NCBI RefSeq assembly: GCF_022539665.2 | Contig: NC_081334.1 | Location: forward strand, 2,666,001-2,730,000 | DNA from: Daphnia carinata | Lineage: Eukaryota | Direction of reading: 5' to 3' | DNA length: 64,000 nt | Part shown: in pieces, positions 13,555-27,606 of the stretch | Position numbering within the stretch: the stretch's first letter is position 1 | Layout of the letters: every line of letters begins with the position of its first letter | The notes under the pieces: model-generated | The model's input: only the letters and a program-made list of their open reading frames with translations | What the model was told of the DNA's origin: nothing | Database searches by the model: none | Position numbers and translations under genes: made by a program

Positions 13555-14204
13555 GATGCGAGTCCCCCGGCCAACGAGTTGATTAGACTCACGGCCACAG
13601 CACTCTCCAATCAATCACTACGCACCCTACGAATTTATTAGGGAACAAAAAAAAAAATTAAACGATTTTTATTTTAGTAGCTGCGTGATTTTTTTTTTTT
13701 TAATATAAATATAGTGATATACCTGTTTAGACAGGACGGCCCCTGCGGCGATTGGCTGGTTGCCACTTTTAAGTTGCGTGCAGGCAAGCCGCTGGATTTG
13801 CTTCTGTTTTCTTTCACTCAAGAAAAAAATGTTTTCACTTTGTTTTGAATTCTTTCTTCAGGACGGCCGGAATTATAGTATAATATTATAACAACCAAAA
13901 GTCTTTCGTTGCTTTCAAATCGACTGTTTTTTTTTGTTTGTTTGTTTTTTTGCCCCGTAGGCTAACACACTTTCGCCTAAGAGCTTCGAATTTCCCTGCG
14001 GGCGATGATGACACTGATTTCACACAATGAGCTCCTTTATTCTTTTTTTTTTTTTTTTTATCAGTCGATCCGCCGCACCCAACACTGATCCGCGTACATC
14101 ACTCCAGCCGTGTGATGAAAACGGAAATCCGAATCGAATTGAATAAAATAAAAATTAAAAAAAAATAAAAAGGAGAAGGGGGAGGGAGAAGAGGCACAGA
14201 GAGA

Positions 14205-14411
14205 CTAGAAGATGCGATTGGACTGCACTAATAAATGCGTTAGAGTTGCAAGAGCAGAAGAAACAACTGCCGGAGCGCCAAATAAGCCCTGCCAGTCATC
14301 AACAGGAGCCGTTTGTGCGAAGGAAGCCGATGCTGACGATGCGGTCCGCTCGCGGGCATTCACCATCAACAACGCGACGAGCGTCAGCAGCAACAGCGCC
14401 GTCCCATCCAT
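14205..14411 (-). CDS. 68-aa small ORF with signal-peptide-like N-terminus and hydrophobic C-terminus, upstream of para on the same strand
   Basis: ATG at 14411, 13 nt after a candidate acceptor, running to TAG at 14205: MDGTALLLLTLVALLMVNARERTASSASASFAQTAPVDDWQGLFGAPAVVSSALATLTHLLVQSNRIF. It forms a GC-rich island in AT-rich flanks. No homolog recognised. Confidence 0.35.
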   Translation of the reverse strand: MDGTALLLLTLVALLMVNARERTASSASASFAQTAPVDDWQGLFGAPAVVSSALATLTHLLVQSNRIF

Positions 14412-15513
14412 CCTCAATGTTGTCCTATTTTTTTATTCCAAGAAAATAGAAATTGAAAAATTTGTTTGTCAACAACTGTTTGAGAATAACATAAAAGATT
14501 TTCAGAATGAAATTAACATAAAACCGCGCCAGAATGTGCCGCTGACGAAAATCGATGCGAGACAAGATTTGCTTAAATCTTTTACATCTTATGAATTTCA
14601 GAACGTTTAAGGTCAACGGCAGATTTATGTGCCGCCATCTCTATGTGCATCGTTTGTTTCAGTCTGTACGCACATCGCCATGTTCTTTTCTTTTTTCGCC
14701 CCAACATAAAAAGGAACGTGACCACCATCCATTACATGAGCTATCCTACAGAGAGCAGTGCGCAATCCTCTTGATTGGATAGACTACCCCAACACACAAA
14801 AAAGAAACGGATCTCTTGCAAACTCTGCAGAAAACAAAGAAAAAAAAATGGCCTCGCACAGACAGACTATCAAGTTACGCGAATATCTAGGTCATTGCAT
14901 AACGAGTGGCATAAAAGGGTAGCGCGAAAAAAATTTGAATGAAGCGAAGATTGGCAAAAAAAACAAAAAAAACAGAGGCAGTTTGCCCTCGAGTTACACC
15001 CTTTAACGCAGAGGGGGGTCGCATTGGGGAAACATAACAAATATCCGGTAAACAGGCAAAAGCGGAAGCAAAGCGGATGGAGGCGGATTTGGAATGAAAT
15101 AGGGGAAATGCTAGTCTCCTGCCCACAAGCACCAACGCCTACACCCAATACATGAAGCTAAAAAAAAAAAACAATAAATACAAACTAGCAGAAAAAATAA
15201 CGTGAAATCTCCGGGAAAAAAATTAAACGACAAGTTGATAAGAAGCAAAATATCCGAAAGATCAAACGAAAAAAAAAAAAAATGTCTGCGTTGCATCTAA
15301 ATTCTTTTGTGCCTATCCTCTCTGCCGGCTGTATACATGTTTGATGCGTGTGTGTGTGCCTGCGTGAGTTTTGTATAGCTCCCGGAGAGAAAGAATGGGA
15401 CTGCGGAAAAAAAAAAGAACACGCACCAAGTTTCGCCTCTGTGCTGGCAGTGCAGCTCTTCGTGTGGGCAAAAGGCGAGGCTCGCAGCCCCTCGCGGATC
15501 AATAGGGAGTCAC

Positions 15514-15527
15514 GTTACTATGGTAAC
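15514..15527. promoter_or_regulatory. RFX X-box
   Basis: GTTACTATGGTAAC is near-palindromic and fits the X-box consensus GTHNYY-AT-RRNAAC. It lies 2 kb upstream of the para ATG. Confidence 0.55.
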
Positions 15528-17286
15528 CCTAGCCAGCCTTTTACGAGAGACACAGAAACCGAGGGACACAGAGACTCCCAGACTGACTGGGGGCCAAAGA
15601 ATAAACCAAGAGGGAAAATATAAAAACAACACCCAAAGGAACCGAATTGGAAATCGGCAATCCGATTCTGAAAAATGTCTAGCAAAACACAAAAAAACAA
15701 ACAAACAAAAAAAAAATAGTGCACCCCCATTTCTTTGGAGGGGTAGGCAGCAGTGGATCATGCATTGATACCCTGGATTGGCGTGAGAAACAATGCCAAA
15801 CGTGCTGATGCGGGACCCTTGGAAAACAAATATTTTCTTGGGGAAAGTGAACCTTCCGCTTCATTTCCGAACACCTGAATTTATTTTCTACATTGACACA
15901 TTGTAAAACCCATTCAATCCAAGAGCGAAAGATTTAAATGGATAGCAACAGCTCGCCCTATTCAAACTGATTTCCCAAAATAGGACGAAATTAATTGAAA
16001 AAATTCGAATGTAAATGTCAAACTACGATGTGAAAAAACATATTTAGTAAAGTAGGAGGAACACAATCGTCCACACACTGTGTCTCCATGTACTTACGTC
16101 GTTATAATCAGCGCTTCTAGAATAACATGACCGAAGCCGGTCAAAGAGCCTCTGATTACACGACACTGCACATCGTAACGATCACTTAAAGGTAGGCACA
16201 GTGAGGGGTGTAAGGGGAGGATGGGTCCCAATGTTTAGAAATAAAACAACAGAGAGGCTCGTTAACGATGTCTGACACGTCCGTCAAAAGTCTAGTGGTC
16301 TACTTGAATTTCATTTTCTACAAGTTTGATTACCCGAGTATTTTAAACGCATTCGTATCGACGAAAAAATGGCGCGAATGAAATCACCCATTGAAACGAA
16401 CAGGAATTTCATTTGCGATTTTAATTTTTTACATCTTTAAATGAAATCAAATCAATCAAAAAAAGTTGGCTATAATGCAATTTTAAATAAATGCCTCGTG
16501 TTGCCGAACCCATTTGAGAATAACGGCTAGGCAGGGACTTGTGCGAATCGAGTACAAACGTAAGAAAAGAAGAATGGATTATAGTCTGTGAAAAAGAAAG
16601 TGGGATATATCGCAAGAAAACTATCCCAGTTTCCGGCCAGACTGTATCCGTTTTCAAGCAGGATAAAAAGTGGGAAATGTTATTCTAGAGGAGATTTCTC
16701 ACGCACAACAAACAACCGCAATGAGTGGGCTCTCATGAGTAAACTAGTTCGGACACACCCCCCAGACTACAATAACATTTTTTCAAAATACTCGATTCGA
16801 TTTTTTGAATCATAAAAAAAGCCCCAATCTGACGGTAACGCTCAAAAAAATAGTAAATGATTTAGTGTATACATTATAGAGCAAATAGCATCAATGGCAG
16901 TACAACTACTACTACCACAGCGAGGTCTATATATATATATATATATATATAAAGAGTCAAGAGTAGCAACATTGCCAGCAGCTGGTGACAGCCCTTTGTG
17001 TGTTTGACGTTTTTTTTTTCCCTACAGTAACAGCAGTGATCTTTCCTTTTTTTGTTGTTTCTTATTCTCTACTTGGATGAAAAATACACAAGAAAAGGGA
17101 CTGCGTTTGCGAGACGGACTGTTGCAACAACGCCGGAATAAACTAGGAAACCTCCCTTTTTCTTGTTTGTGCCTTAAAAGTTTCTTGTCCAACTTGACAG
17201 CGTCGTGTTGGGAGAAAAACTCTTGTCAAACGAGATTCACATTGTTAAATCTACAGCGCATATTCGTGTAGCTCATTAGAAACAAT

Positions 17287-17400
17287 TGAAAAGAAAAAAA
17301 ATGGCGGGCAATAATGAAAGAAAAAAATGGCGGGCGAAAACGAAAGAAAAAAATGGCGGGCAAAAATGAAAGAAAAAAAATGGCGGTAAAATGAAAGAAA
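17287..17400. repeat. 26-27-bp minisatellite (4+ units), each containing a YY1/Pho-type motif AAAATGGCGG
   Basis: ATGGCGG starts at 17301, 17327, 17353 and 17380. The unit is approximately GAAAGAAAAAAATGGCGGGCAAAAAT. Confidence 0.85.
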
Positions 17401-20400
17401 AACGCACCATTGAGCGAAATGTAGAGGAAAGCTGGGCCAATCACTTGCTGGGCGGCGTACATGTGTGTTTGATTCGATATTCTTCTTTAGCTCTTTTTAA
17501 ATGATCACAGCCGTTATTTGCACAAACACTTCAATCGAATTGACGCATCACCAGCACTTGGACACAAAGGATTTCTCTTCGATGAGACACTGCAACGCTT
17601 TTGGAACACTTAAAACATACAACACTAATCACAATATAAAATTGTTCAACGCCAGAGGAATGTGAAAGAATTTTCTGGCAAAAATTTTAAAAATGTCTAA
17701 CAAAAATTTCCACGATAGAAAAATGAATGGATGTGTGCGTATTTGAAACAAATGCGTTGGCTAAAAAAAAAAAAGGATCTCTGCAGTGGGCAGCAGTTGA
17801 TCGACGAATGAGACGTACACGTTCGTTGGCTGTTTGTGATCTACTGTAGCTCGTTTACTTTTTCTTACATCGACAGAGACGGGCACGCAGGAGCGACGCG
17901 CAAACACACACTGGACACCTACACACACGCAGAAAGACACACTCGACGACTGAAAAAAACCCTACATCTACAGCCCTGGACGATAAAAAGAGACGAATTT
18001 CTTACGTCACTAACACCGGTAGAGGGCCAATTGTTCTTCGTGGAAGAACAAGTTTCCCTTTATCGAGAGAAATGAACTCGAAGATGAGTCCTGGTCACTA
18101 GCAAAAGACTAACTAGTGCGAAAGGGTTCGACAGAGTGGATGGCCCAGTGGTTGTAGCGCCGTCTGCGGCAAAAAGCTCGGATAGGAATACAATAGTTGT
18201 ATGCAAAACTATTACAAGCAACGAATGTAGAAGCTATAAAGACTTTTAAGACACACAAAAGGTTGGATTCAAGTGTTCCCCGCCCACTATTATATACCTT
18301 TGGCTTTCACGAGGCGGGGGGGGAGCTGAAAAGCTGAACGCAAACGAGAGACTTCGGAATGCTGCACACATGCGGGACGTGTGCACACACTGACACAAAG
18401 AATGAGGAGAAAGAGCCACCGAAGAAGGGGCGGAACATCCGCCGGACGCATGCGCAATTGCCAATTTTCGATCGGCTTAAATAAAAAAAAATTTTATTTA
18501 AAAAAATTATAAAATAAAAATCAAATTGTTTAATTTGCGTAATATTCGTAATTTAATGTATTCCTAATTTAGGGCATATTTTTAATGGGCATTGATTCAA
18601 TTAATTTGTCAATTTATTAACCCGTTGCCAAGTGTATCAAAAATCGGCGAATTTCAACACGTGTAGCAGCCATTAGGGTTGGGAACCCTTTCCGAAGGGG
18701 AAGGGTTAGGAAAAGAGAAAACCACCAACTTCTTGGGATTTGGTAGTGAAGATAACACAAGTTTTGCTTCATTTTCTTCAAAGAATTAGTTTTGATGTCC
18801 CAACCTACTGTCACACGTTGAAAAGCAACAGTTTCTCGAAAAAAAACTAAAGGAGGCAGGGTAAGAAAGTGAAAAACTAGAAAGATTTCTAAGTAAATAA
18901 TGGCATTAACATCAAGGACACGAAGAACGTTGTATAGTAATAGAACCACAGTTTTTCAAAAACAAAGTGATTAAACCATCAAATTATTTCCAAGTGATGA
19001 GTTCGAATTTTTGTGTGACGAAAGCAGAGAAATAGCCCTACGGCTGTGAAAGGCACAGGGTTCGAATCCAGCCACGTCCAGTCCTTTTTTCTTTTTAAAA
19101 CAACTCTTTTTTCATAACAAACTTTAATTTTACTTAAATCCTAGTTTGACCCTTACAAACAATTTTGTTTGCAGGTGTAACGATCGCCTAATTTGGGGAC
19201 AAACCGAAGCACTTCATCCCACTTTCATGTGATGTTAATGGAGAACATCCATTACGTACTGGACACACTGATGTAATGACTTATTTTCAAAATGCAATTA
19301 CCATTATCAACTATTTCTAGGTTGCATCTTAAAAAAAAAAAAAAAAAAACTTTGGAAATTTCTTATAGACATTGGAATCGCAATTGCATTTCCGTCTCTC
19401 GTTTTGTTTACGCGCTTATGCGACAGGAATGAAATGCGTCCGAGGACAAATAAACGGATTGGACCAAGACGCCGCATCAGCAGCTGCGAGTCGTCCAACA
19501 TTCTCGGCGGACGCTATTTAGAAAGGACACAATGGTATTCGCTTGTTACATCCGGCCAACGTTCAAGTGAGTGTCCATTCCACATACGCACAAAGTCACC
19601 GTCCGTTTTCACAGAAAGCCAACTCAAAAAAGGAAAGTTTGTGCTCTGATGTCGGAGGTATTTCGTGGGGACAGTGCTCCAATATTGCGAGAAAGCTCTT
19701 TTCATTTCCCAAGTATCGATTCATTTCCTTCAATCATAGAAGGCCAACTTTAAGTGACGTATACACAGTTTTTATGGACAGTCGACAACAACTGATTGAC
19801 GCAGTCCCATATTTTTGCGTGTGCGCACCGCTTTTAAAAGATTCGTAATTTGGTGAAAGAGAAATTGCAAACATGATCACCTCCGCCCGGCGTCGTCTTA
19901 TTTATTGGTCTTTGTGCTAAAAGAGAAATGGGCCTGTAATATTGTTCCATTGAATGGAGCTCGGCACTTCCGCACTCGGGCTCCTATATAGGGAACGAGA
20001 GTTATCCGCATTTATCGTACATAGCAGCACATAATGTATATATATATATATATATGGACGGATAATAGGAAATAAGATGGAAAGGCTGACGGATGCCCTA
20101 GCGGCACGATGGTTCGCCTTATTTCTTTCTTTAAAATAAATATATGGATTGTGTGTACACACAGATAACGAAAAAAAAAAGATTTTTCCTCCAAGAAGAA
20201 GATTAGACGGCGTTGATTCACGCGGATGTGAAAAATCTTGGCCCGCCTGATCCAACAATAGAATGGGCTCTTCTAGTAATAAAAAAAAAAGCCAAAATCA
20301 TATTCGATTGTGGCCATGCACAGCTTGTCCACAAAGCCAAATGATAATTATCATCAAATAATACGAAAACATGTGTGGGCTAACGCAGCCTACTGGTAAA

Positions 20401-23400
20401 CACTATAAAGCAACACACACACGTTAGTTTCTAACCGAAAAAAGATTATAAACGAGTTAAAGGTTCATTACAGGCAAACGCAGCAGGCGTGGCCCACCCG
20501 TCGACTGGGGCCTATAACACCCGCAGTGATTCCCGGATTGTGTGTGTATACCTTTCTGATGATAACGAAGCCAGTGTCACTCCCGATAATCATCACATTT
20601 TTTTCTGAGGGGGGATTGTGTTTTATTATTTCTAAGCGAATCAACGATGTATATGTTAAATGACGATACGTTTTTATTCTGATTATCTTCGTCAGCCATG
20701 TGTAAAAATAATTTTTCCTTTTTGTTTGTTGTATCGACTTTTTGATTTTGTACTGTCTGCAAAACTCGTCACATGTAGACTTTTTTTTTTTCAACGGGTT
20801 TTTCGGCATGGCGGATTGCAAGTTATAATATATTCAACTGCATATCTATATATACTATAGTCTAGTGTATATATATATATATATATATGCCAGCGCATAT
20901 ATAGAATCGTATATATACGCGTATTACACATATCATCCTGCGCATGGAACTAATGGCTGCGTGCAGCTGGCTATCACGCGATTTGCTTTCTCTTGATACC
21001 ACACTCTTTCTCTCTCTCTCTGTGTATGTTCGCTCCCGTTTTATTTCATTTTTTTTTTCTTTTTGCAGCTTGGAAAAAGGGTGGATAATCCGCACCGAAT
21101 GTTATAAAAGAAAAGAAAAAGCGGGTCCGACGGTAGCTCGTCCCTCGCTCACTGTCTCACTGGCCCTCGCTTTTTTATGATGACAAATAAATCACGACGT
21201 CGTCAAAGCACAAAAAAAAAAAGAATGTTTAGGTTCTATTGCAGTCCCGCAATCTAATACTCAAAAATGCTAGCAGCTATATGGCCTAGATAGCGGCGTA
21301 TATACTAGTCTAGCTCCAGCATTTCCTTTTTTTTTTTATGTAGGGCTGCGTTTCAAGTGTATAAATGTTTAAAAAGAAAAGGGTGGAGCCACTTGCTTTA
21401 ATTTTCATGTTGCTCTTTTTAACTATGGAATGTGCGTCAGTAGTATAGAAAATGATTGGATCCTTACGTTTAAGCAATTAGAGACAAATTTTGGTTCTTT
21501 CGAGTCTAAAAGAATGTGCCAATTTTACACGTTTCATTGGCTACACATTTTTATCTTCGCTAAATGATTTTCATTTTTGCACGCCGAAAATATTAAATAT
21601 ATGTAATGAATCAGACTGTAACGTTTAGTTACAGTCATCCCTGTATAAGCTGAAGAAAGACAATGAGTTTTCTTCTATTGAAACGTTCTCTAATTCTCAC
21701 GGAGCTCAAGTTTGTTAAACGGCCGAAACAAAAAAAAGCTTAAAAAAACAAAACAGAATTTTCTTTTATTTGCGGATGCACCGCCATCGATTGGCTCCTT
21801 TCATTCCCTCTTTAGTTTTTCGGGACTGTATTTTTGCTTCCATCTCTCCTTGTCTTTCTCGTGCGTATGTATCTCGACTGCCTCTTGTTTTCTCGCTTTC
21901 TCCATTGTTGTCTATCCATTTTCGTGCCGAGTTTCTTCGCCCATCTGTCTTATAACATAAAAAAAAAAAAAAGAAGAATAGTCTCTATAAGCCAATGATA
22001 TGCGTGTGGCCATTTATAGATCACTTGATTGGATGCTCTACATATATATAGGGTACGGCAACCCATACTGCTGATTTTCTTTTTTAGATGCAGAAAGGCC
22101 AATTGCAAACGGCCGTAATCTTGGACAGTATCGGATTCATGTCGAATCCATCGATCTTCATAGACTCCGTTTCATTGGCTTTCATTGGGATTCAGCCACT
22201 GGAAATTCCGATCGGCACTATGATCGTTCATTAGCATCGTCGATTTGCGTCCATCATCGTCAATGAGATTGCATCCCATACAAACCGAGAAACTGTTGAT
22301 TTCATCTTTAAAAACACAAACATTTAAAACAAAAAAGGCTATAATACGTCAGTGCATGTAACAAAACTCAATGGGGGATATGTGTTCCAGTACAATCTAA
22401 ATAGCTTTTCATCGCTTCTTTGCCGCATTCAGCAGCCATTGCAGCATGTAGACCGCATAGGCAGCAAGTTGACCTCTTGCTGTTCTCCTCTTACACACAC
22501 ACACGCAGAGAACATAGTATATAACCGGGTTTTTTTTTTTGTTCCTGGCTGTATATACTATTGCAGCTGGTTGGCGTATATAACGCTAGCTCGTTTCTAT
22601 TGATTTATCGAAAGTCGACCTTTTTTTTTTATTATTCTCCTTGTGCTATAGTCTCTACCCTGCTTTTTTTTTTCAAACTTTTGCCACAACGATTCACGTA
22701 TAGGTCGCTACAGTGTGGCCAAATGAAAGGAAACCGCATTAGAGTTTGGCCGGCCTATCTTAGGCATAAGGTCCACATGCAAATGGTGCCGACATCAATA
22801 ATTTAAAAACTGCCAAAGATGATCTGTACATTTATGGATTTTGTGATGCATACTCAAAAGGTTTTTTTGTTTTGCGATGAAAGTTGGAGACCTTGACAGT
22901 TGAAGCATTTTGGTATGTGTCCTTAAATGCATGTCTACCGTCCATTGTAGCTCAACCTGTCTGCAACAAGAAGAGAGTCGTCAGTAACATCCTTTTTTGT
23001 TAAAATTGATCAATTCCCCGCACTATTTTCTTCTTTTATAGGTTTCCACATAAAATCATAACCTTGTGCACACTGGTCTAGACGTTTCAGATATGTTTAT
23101 AACGTTCCCCAAAGAAATGCTCGTAACCGTTACGCGATCATGCAACGTTCAGCGGAAACTTCTTTCGGCCTCTGCGTCAATCGAATGAAAAGAGAGGGAA
23201 TCCATATTTGCATATTTCCAAGAAAAAGGGAAAGAAGAAAAAAATCATGAAGATGAACCAGGTGTTAAGAAGAACACGCTGTATACAGTTCGCGTAACAT
23301 TCGTAAGCAATAACAAGCTGCAAAGGAGAGTTGCTATTTCAAACAAACTGTGACAGTAGACATCGTCTTCTTGTTTGCCCTGTTTATCGATAGTGACTTT

Positions 23401-26400
23401 CCACCATTGTCAATTTTTTGCTCTGCCTATCGAAAAAGAAGGGAGCTGTGTGACACTTTATCGATTTACTATACATCTGTGAAACTCAAATGCACTCCCA
23501 ATCCTCTGTTGCGTAAACCCATTTTTTACTTTATCCTCTCTCTCTCTCTCTCTCTCTCTTTCCGTTGAATAATTAATAAAGCTAAATACGTTTGAGAATG
23601 AAAAAACAAAAAGCTGACTCACTGTTCTACACAAGTGCTCAATAGCGAACATGCAAGACAGTAAGGAAAATGGTTAGCCTATCTCAAATATAAATGAAAA
23701 AAGAGTTGAAAGAGATTTATAGTTGTAGCTCGACTAAGGTACTCTTGTTAGACACTGTCTCTCTCTCTCCCTGTGTGTCTATAAAGAGAATAGTGAGAGA
23801 TGTATAGCTTCAGAGTTTCGGGGTGGATGTCGCCAGCAAATAAACCCGATCGCAGTCGGAGCGTAATGATCCCGTCAACGGTCGACAACTCGGCACTCAC
23901 GCCAAGAAGCCTCTATATATCTCCTGTTATCGTATAAGGCCAGTATATATACATACATCCATGTATATATATATATATATATTTCTGTTTACATTAAACG
24001 ATCAAGAAAATATAGAAATACACGTAAAATAATGCGTTGTACTATTCAAAGGCGATCGTTTGTAATTCAACTCACGCAGCGAATATTTTCTCTTTTGATT
24101 TTTATATTAAATGCGTAAGAGTGTCCTTTACGAAACTTGACAGCCTACGCAGATTATGGAATGGGAAAAAAAAAGGGACACACTTCTTTTGCGTCATCCG
24201 TTGCATTCGGAGGAGAGCACCTCCATTTTCAGAAAATCTTGGCATATCTTATAGATTCTGCGTTCGGTTGTGTGCGTCTGCCGAACACAGAGAGCGGCAT
24301 ACAGAAAGAGCTTATATTAAATATACATCTCTCTCTTTTTCTTTTTATCCCGTTTTATTTTTATTTTCTTTCCCCCTTTTTTTTTGCATTGTTCGTTGTC
24401 TTATATATTTTATTCCTTATCTATATAAATTCTCCCATTTCCTTTCGCGCGCTGTCCTTATAGAGTATATCTATTGATTTGATTTGCTGGATGGGCGGAT
24501 GCGCACCAAGTCTACATAGCACCGCCACACCGACGCCGCAGTAGACAGGCGTCGCAGAGACATGTCATCGAAACCTCTCTCTCTCTCGACGAGTTGGACC
24601 GATGTAAAGCGAATTGTTTGTTTAAAAAAAAAAAACATTTTCAAAATAGACATCGCATACATCCTTGAGAAACGCATAAAAACTCACGAAAAAAATAGCT
24701 GAAATATCTTACCGATGAAATAAAATATTCAAAATGATTGAAAACGGAAATCAGTGGGTGTTTAAATACATTTTCTACGTAGTCGATAGCTGTGTTAAGT
24801 TAGCACTGCGGGGGAGTATAGACATGTACGTAAGAAGAGTTATAATGGAAGAAGAGGGGGACTTTTGCTTGTTTGTTTTTTTGAGCTTTTGGTGGGACAA
24901 CAAAACAATTGGAATGTTCCGTCTACTGCATTGTATACGTCTGATATTATATAGATCCGTTCCACTGCTGCGCAAGTGCAACCCCCTGACGTCGTTTTCC
25001 ATCATTCCCCTTGCGCTAGAAAATGTAAAACGAAAAAAAAAAAAATCCATGAAAATTCAAAAATAATATGAAATGTTGCACACCATTTTTTTTGTTTGTT
25101 TGTTATGTAAGTAAAAAAAAAATGTTGAATACACACAGACAAGAAAATGCGCTTTTGGTCCCCATTCCGAGCCTACCGCATCTTATCTTATTACAAGGTG
25201 GATGGACAGTGAATAAAAAAAAGGGATGGCGTGCATGGGCGAACTTGACGTGCTCGTTCGTGTCCCGTTGCATCGTTCACTGAACATCACCATTCTCATC
25301 ATCTTCTCCGTTTCCAATTATCTAAGAGCAACGAAATAAATAAAGGACACCCACCCAGTCCCCTGGCCAAAAACAAAACACAACCGTCACGAAAATCAAA
25401 GCTTTCGCATATACGCCCAACTATATGAAAAAAAAGGAAAAATCACGATGTCTATACAGCCCCATTATTATATGCCTGTACAGTGTGAGTGTATTTGTCA
25501 GCCCATGTCGCGGGGATGGACAGATGGCACTATAGGGACGTACACTCCATAACACTGTATCTGTTTTTATTTTTAATTGAATTTTTAAAAAATATAATAT
25601 TTCATAGCTGGAATGGTCAGAAGATGATGTCATCCATGGCTGAACATCGTCCAGGGCTTATTTCTTTCCCGTCAGTACTGGGCAGCACCGCGAAATAAGA
25701 ACATGTTCTTCGACGCCTATCCGAAAGATGCCAAACAAAGGTTAAACACCGCCCCCTGCTTATTTTGGTACGTTCAAATTTCTTTAACTGTAATGTCTTC
25801 TTTTATGTGTATGTCCTTAACAATACGGTTATTATAAGGGTTTTGTAATATATAGTGAAATGGCAAAGCGTAGGGCGCATGGTATAACGTCTACTATAGC
25901 GCCACGCAAAGTCAAATAAATCGCCCGGCTTCCAAAATCACCCGTCTCAAATGTGTCTGTGTTAGTCCAACGTCCGACCAGCTAAATTTATTGACTTGTT
26001 CCTACACTCGCACTGCACTGCTTAAAAAAAAAAAAAAAAAATAGATAAAATAAGTTTAAGAAAAAGAGAAAGGATTGATTGGGTCAGGGTAAGGACCTTA
26101 TCGTTGTCCGTGCAGGCATCGCGGGACCTTTGCGGTTTTTTCTTGCAAAGGCAACAGAACGTAATTTTTATTTGTAAAGCGGAAAAGAAGAAAAGAAAAG
26201 AAAAAAAGCAAGGGCGCTGTTGCCGCGCCTCTCCCTGTTACTCCGGCTCTCTTAACCCGGACGTACCCATGTCGTGACATCGATCCCATTTTTATATTTT
26301 TTTTTTCTTCTTTCTTCTCTCCTTCCGCTCCTCTTTGTGTGCGTAACGATATGACGAGTGATCACCATGGATATATAAGGCCGCATCGACACACTTGCTA

Positions 26401-27606
26401 TTTCTCCACTATAAAGACGATGGATATGAGGAACGACGGCGAGTCACTAGCTCGTCGGGACTCTTTTACCCGAATGGATCGAAACCTCATTCAGCGAGAG
26501 GCACTATTGAACAGTTCCCATCGTTTCGACAGTCCGAGAAAATAATAATAATAAAAAAAAATATATATATATAGAGGGAGAGAGAGAGTTTTTTCGTTCT
26601 TCATGCCTATTTTCATTCATCCGATGACGAAGATGACGACTTGATTGAAAAATCATTCTCTTCCACATCCCACGGGCAGAATAGTATTAAAGATGTGTCT
26701 GACCTTCATGAAAGAAATGTATTTTCACGTGGATAGTGACAATTTTCTTCCCTTTTTTTTTTTGAGAAGATACGTGGAATGGATAAATGGTATTGGAAAT
26801 GAGTTTGAAAAAGAAATCAAAGTTTTTTTGAATTCTGTCTCGGGTTGGGAAAAAAAAAAACAGCCAAAGCAAAGAATATGCAAAGTTCTACAAAAAATGT
26901 CACTGTGATTCAATTGAAAAATTTTCAAGACAGTTGTGTGGTTTGGTAAGGTTAGTATGAGGTGAAAAGATGGAAAAAATATATATGAGATGATTGAATC
27001 AAAGAATCGGTCAAGAATAACGAGTAAAAAAAAAAAATGCAAACACATAAAGTAGAGCCAATACAATTGACCGCCTCGGAGTCGTTATCGAATTTACGTT
27101 CTGGACGCGCCGACGCGTCGCGTTCACATTCTCCCGTAATCTACTCTTGTCTCCATGGCCTTCCCATCCTCCATTGCCGACGTCCCTGACGAGTCCTTTA
27201 TTTGGATACGGCCAATTACCATTTGGATCTGAGCAAATATTGAATCGACGTGCGTATAAGGCCGCTTCTGTTGTTGTGCGTCTGTCAAGGTGAAAAGACT
27301 GCAGTGCAGTTCATTTGAATAAACAGAAAAAAAAGTTAAATTCGGTTTGTTGATTTCCTTTACGATTTTCAGTAACAGAGGGCGCTGAGAGCTTTAAATA
27401 TTGACCGCTAGATGGTAGCAGCCAGCTGTGCAACACGTTCAACCACCTTATTCCATCCAGAGCTTTTATCGGTTGGCAGGCGAACAAATTTGAATCTGAA
27501 ACTTTAGCCCAACCGTCACGTTGTGAGGGGCGCGCAATAAATCGAAATTGATCAAGTTTAGAGGCGTCTCCCCAATTTTCTTTTCGAGTCAACCGAAAAC
27601 GAGAGA

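Larger units (their letters stand above)
13555..18130 (-). other. Putative spliced 5' UTR exons and promoter region of para
   Basis: Minus-strand splice signals upstream of the ATG: acceptor at 13627-13628, donor at 13722-13721, acceptor at 14426-14425, candidate exon 16184-16098 (donor gtaagt), and a 56-nt GT-AG intron at 18005-17950. The outer boundary is approximate and the TSS was not determined. Confidence 0.45.

Noticed and set aside
17287..17400. CRISPR-like repeat array
   Set aside because: Eukaryotic context, no unique spacers and no cas genes; it is a minisatellite.
19021..19096. tRNA gene
   Set aside because: Only the T-loop/B-box motif is present; no acceptor stem, D-arm or anticodon arm could be folded.
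18500..27300. Many 60-146 aa ORFs between para and Cks1
   Set aside because: Low-complexity F/K/Y-rich translations of homopolymers and microsatellites, with no domain or consistent exon chain; treated as regulatory or intergenic DNA.
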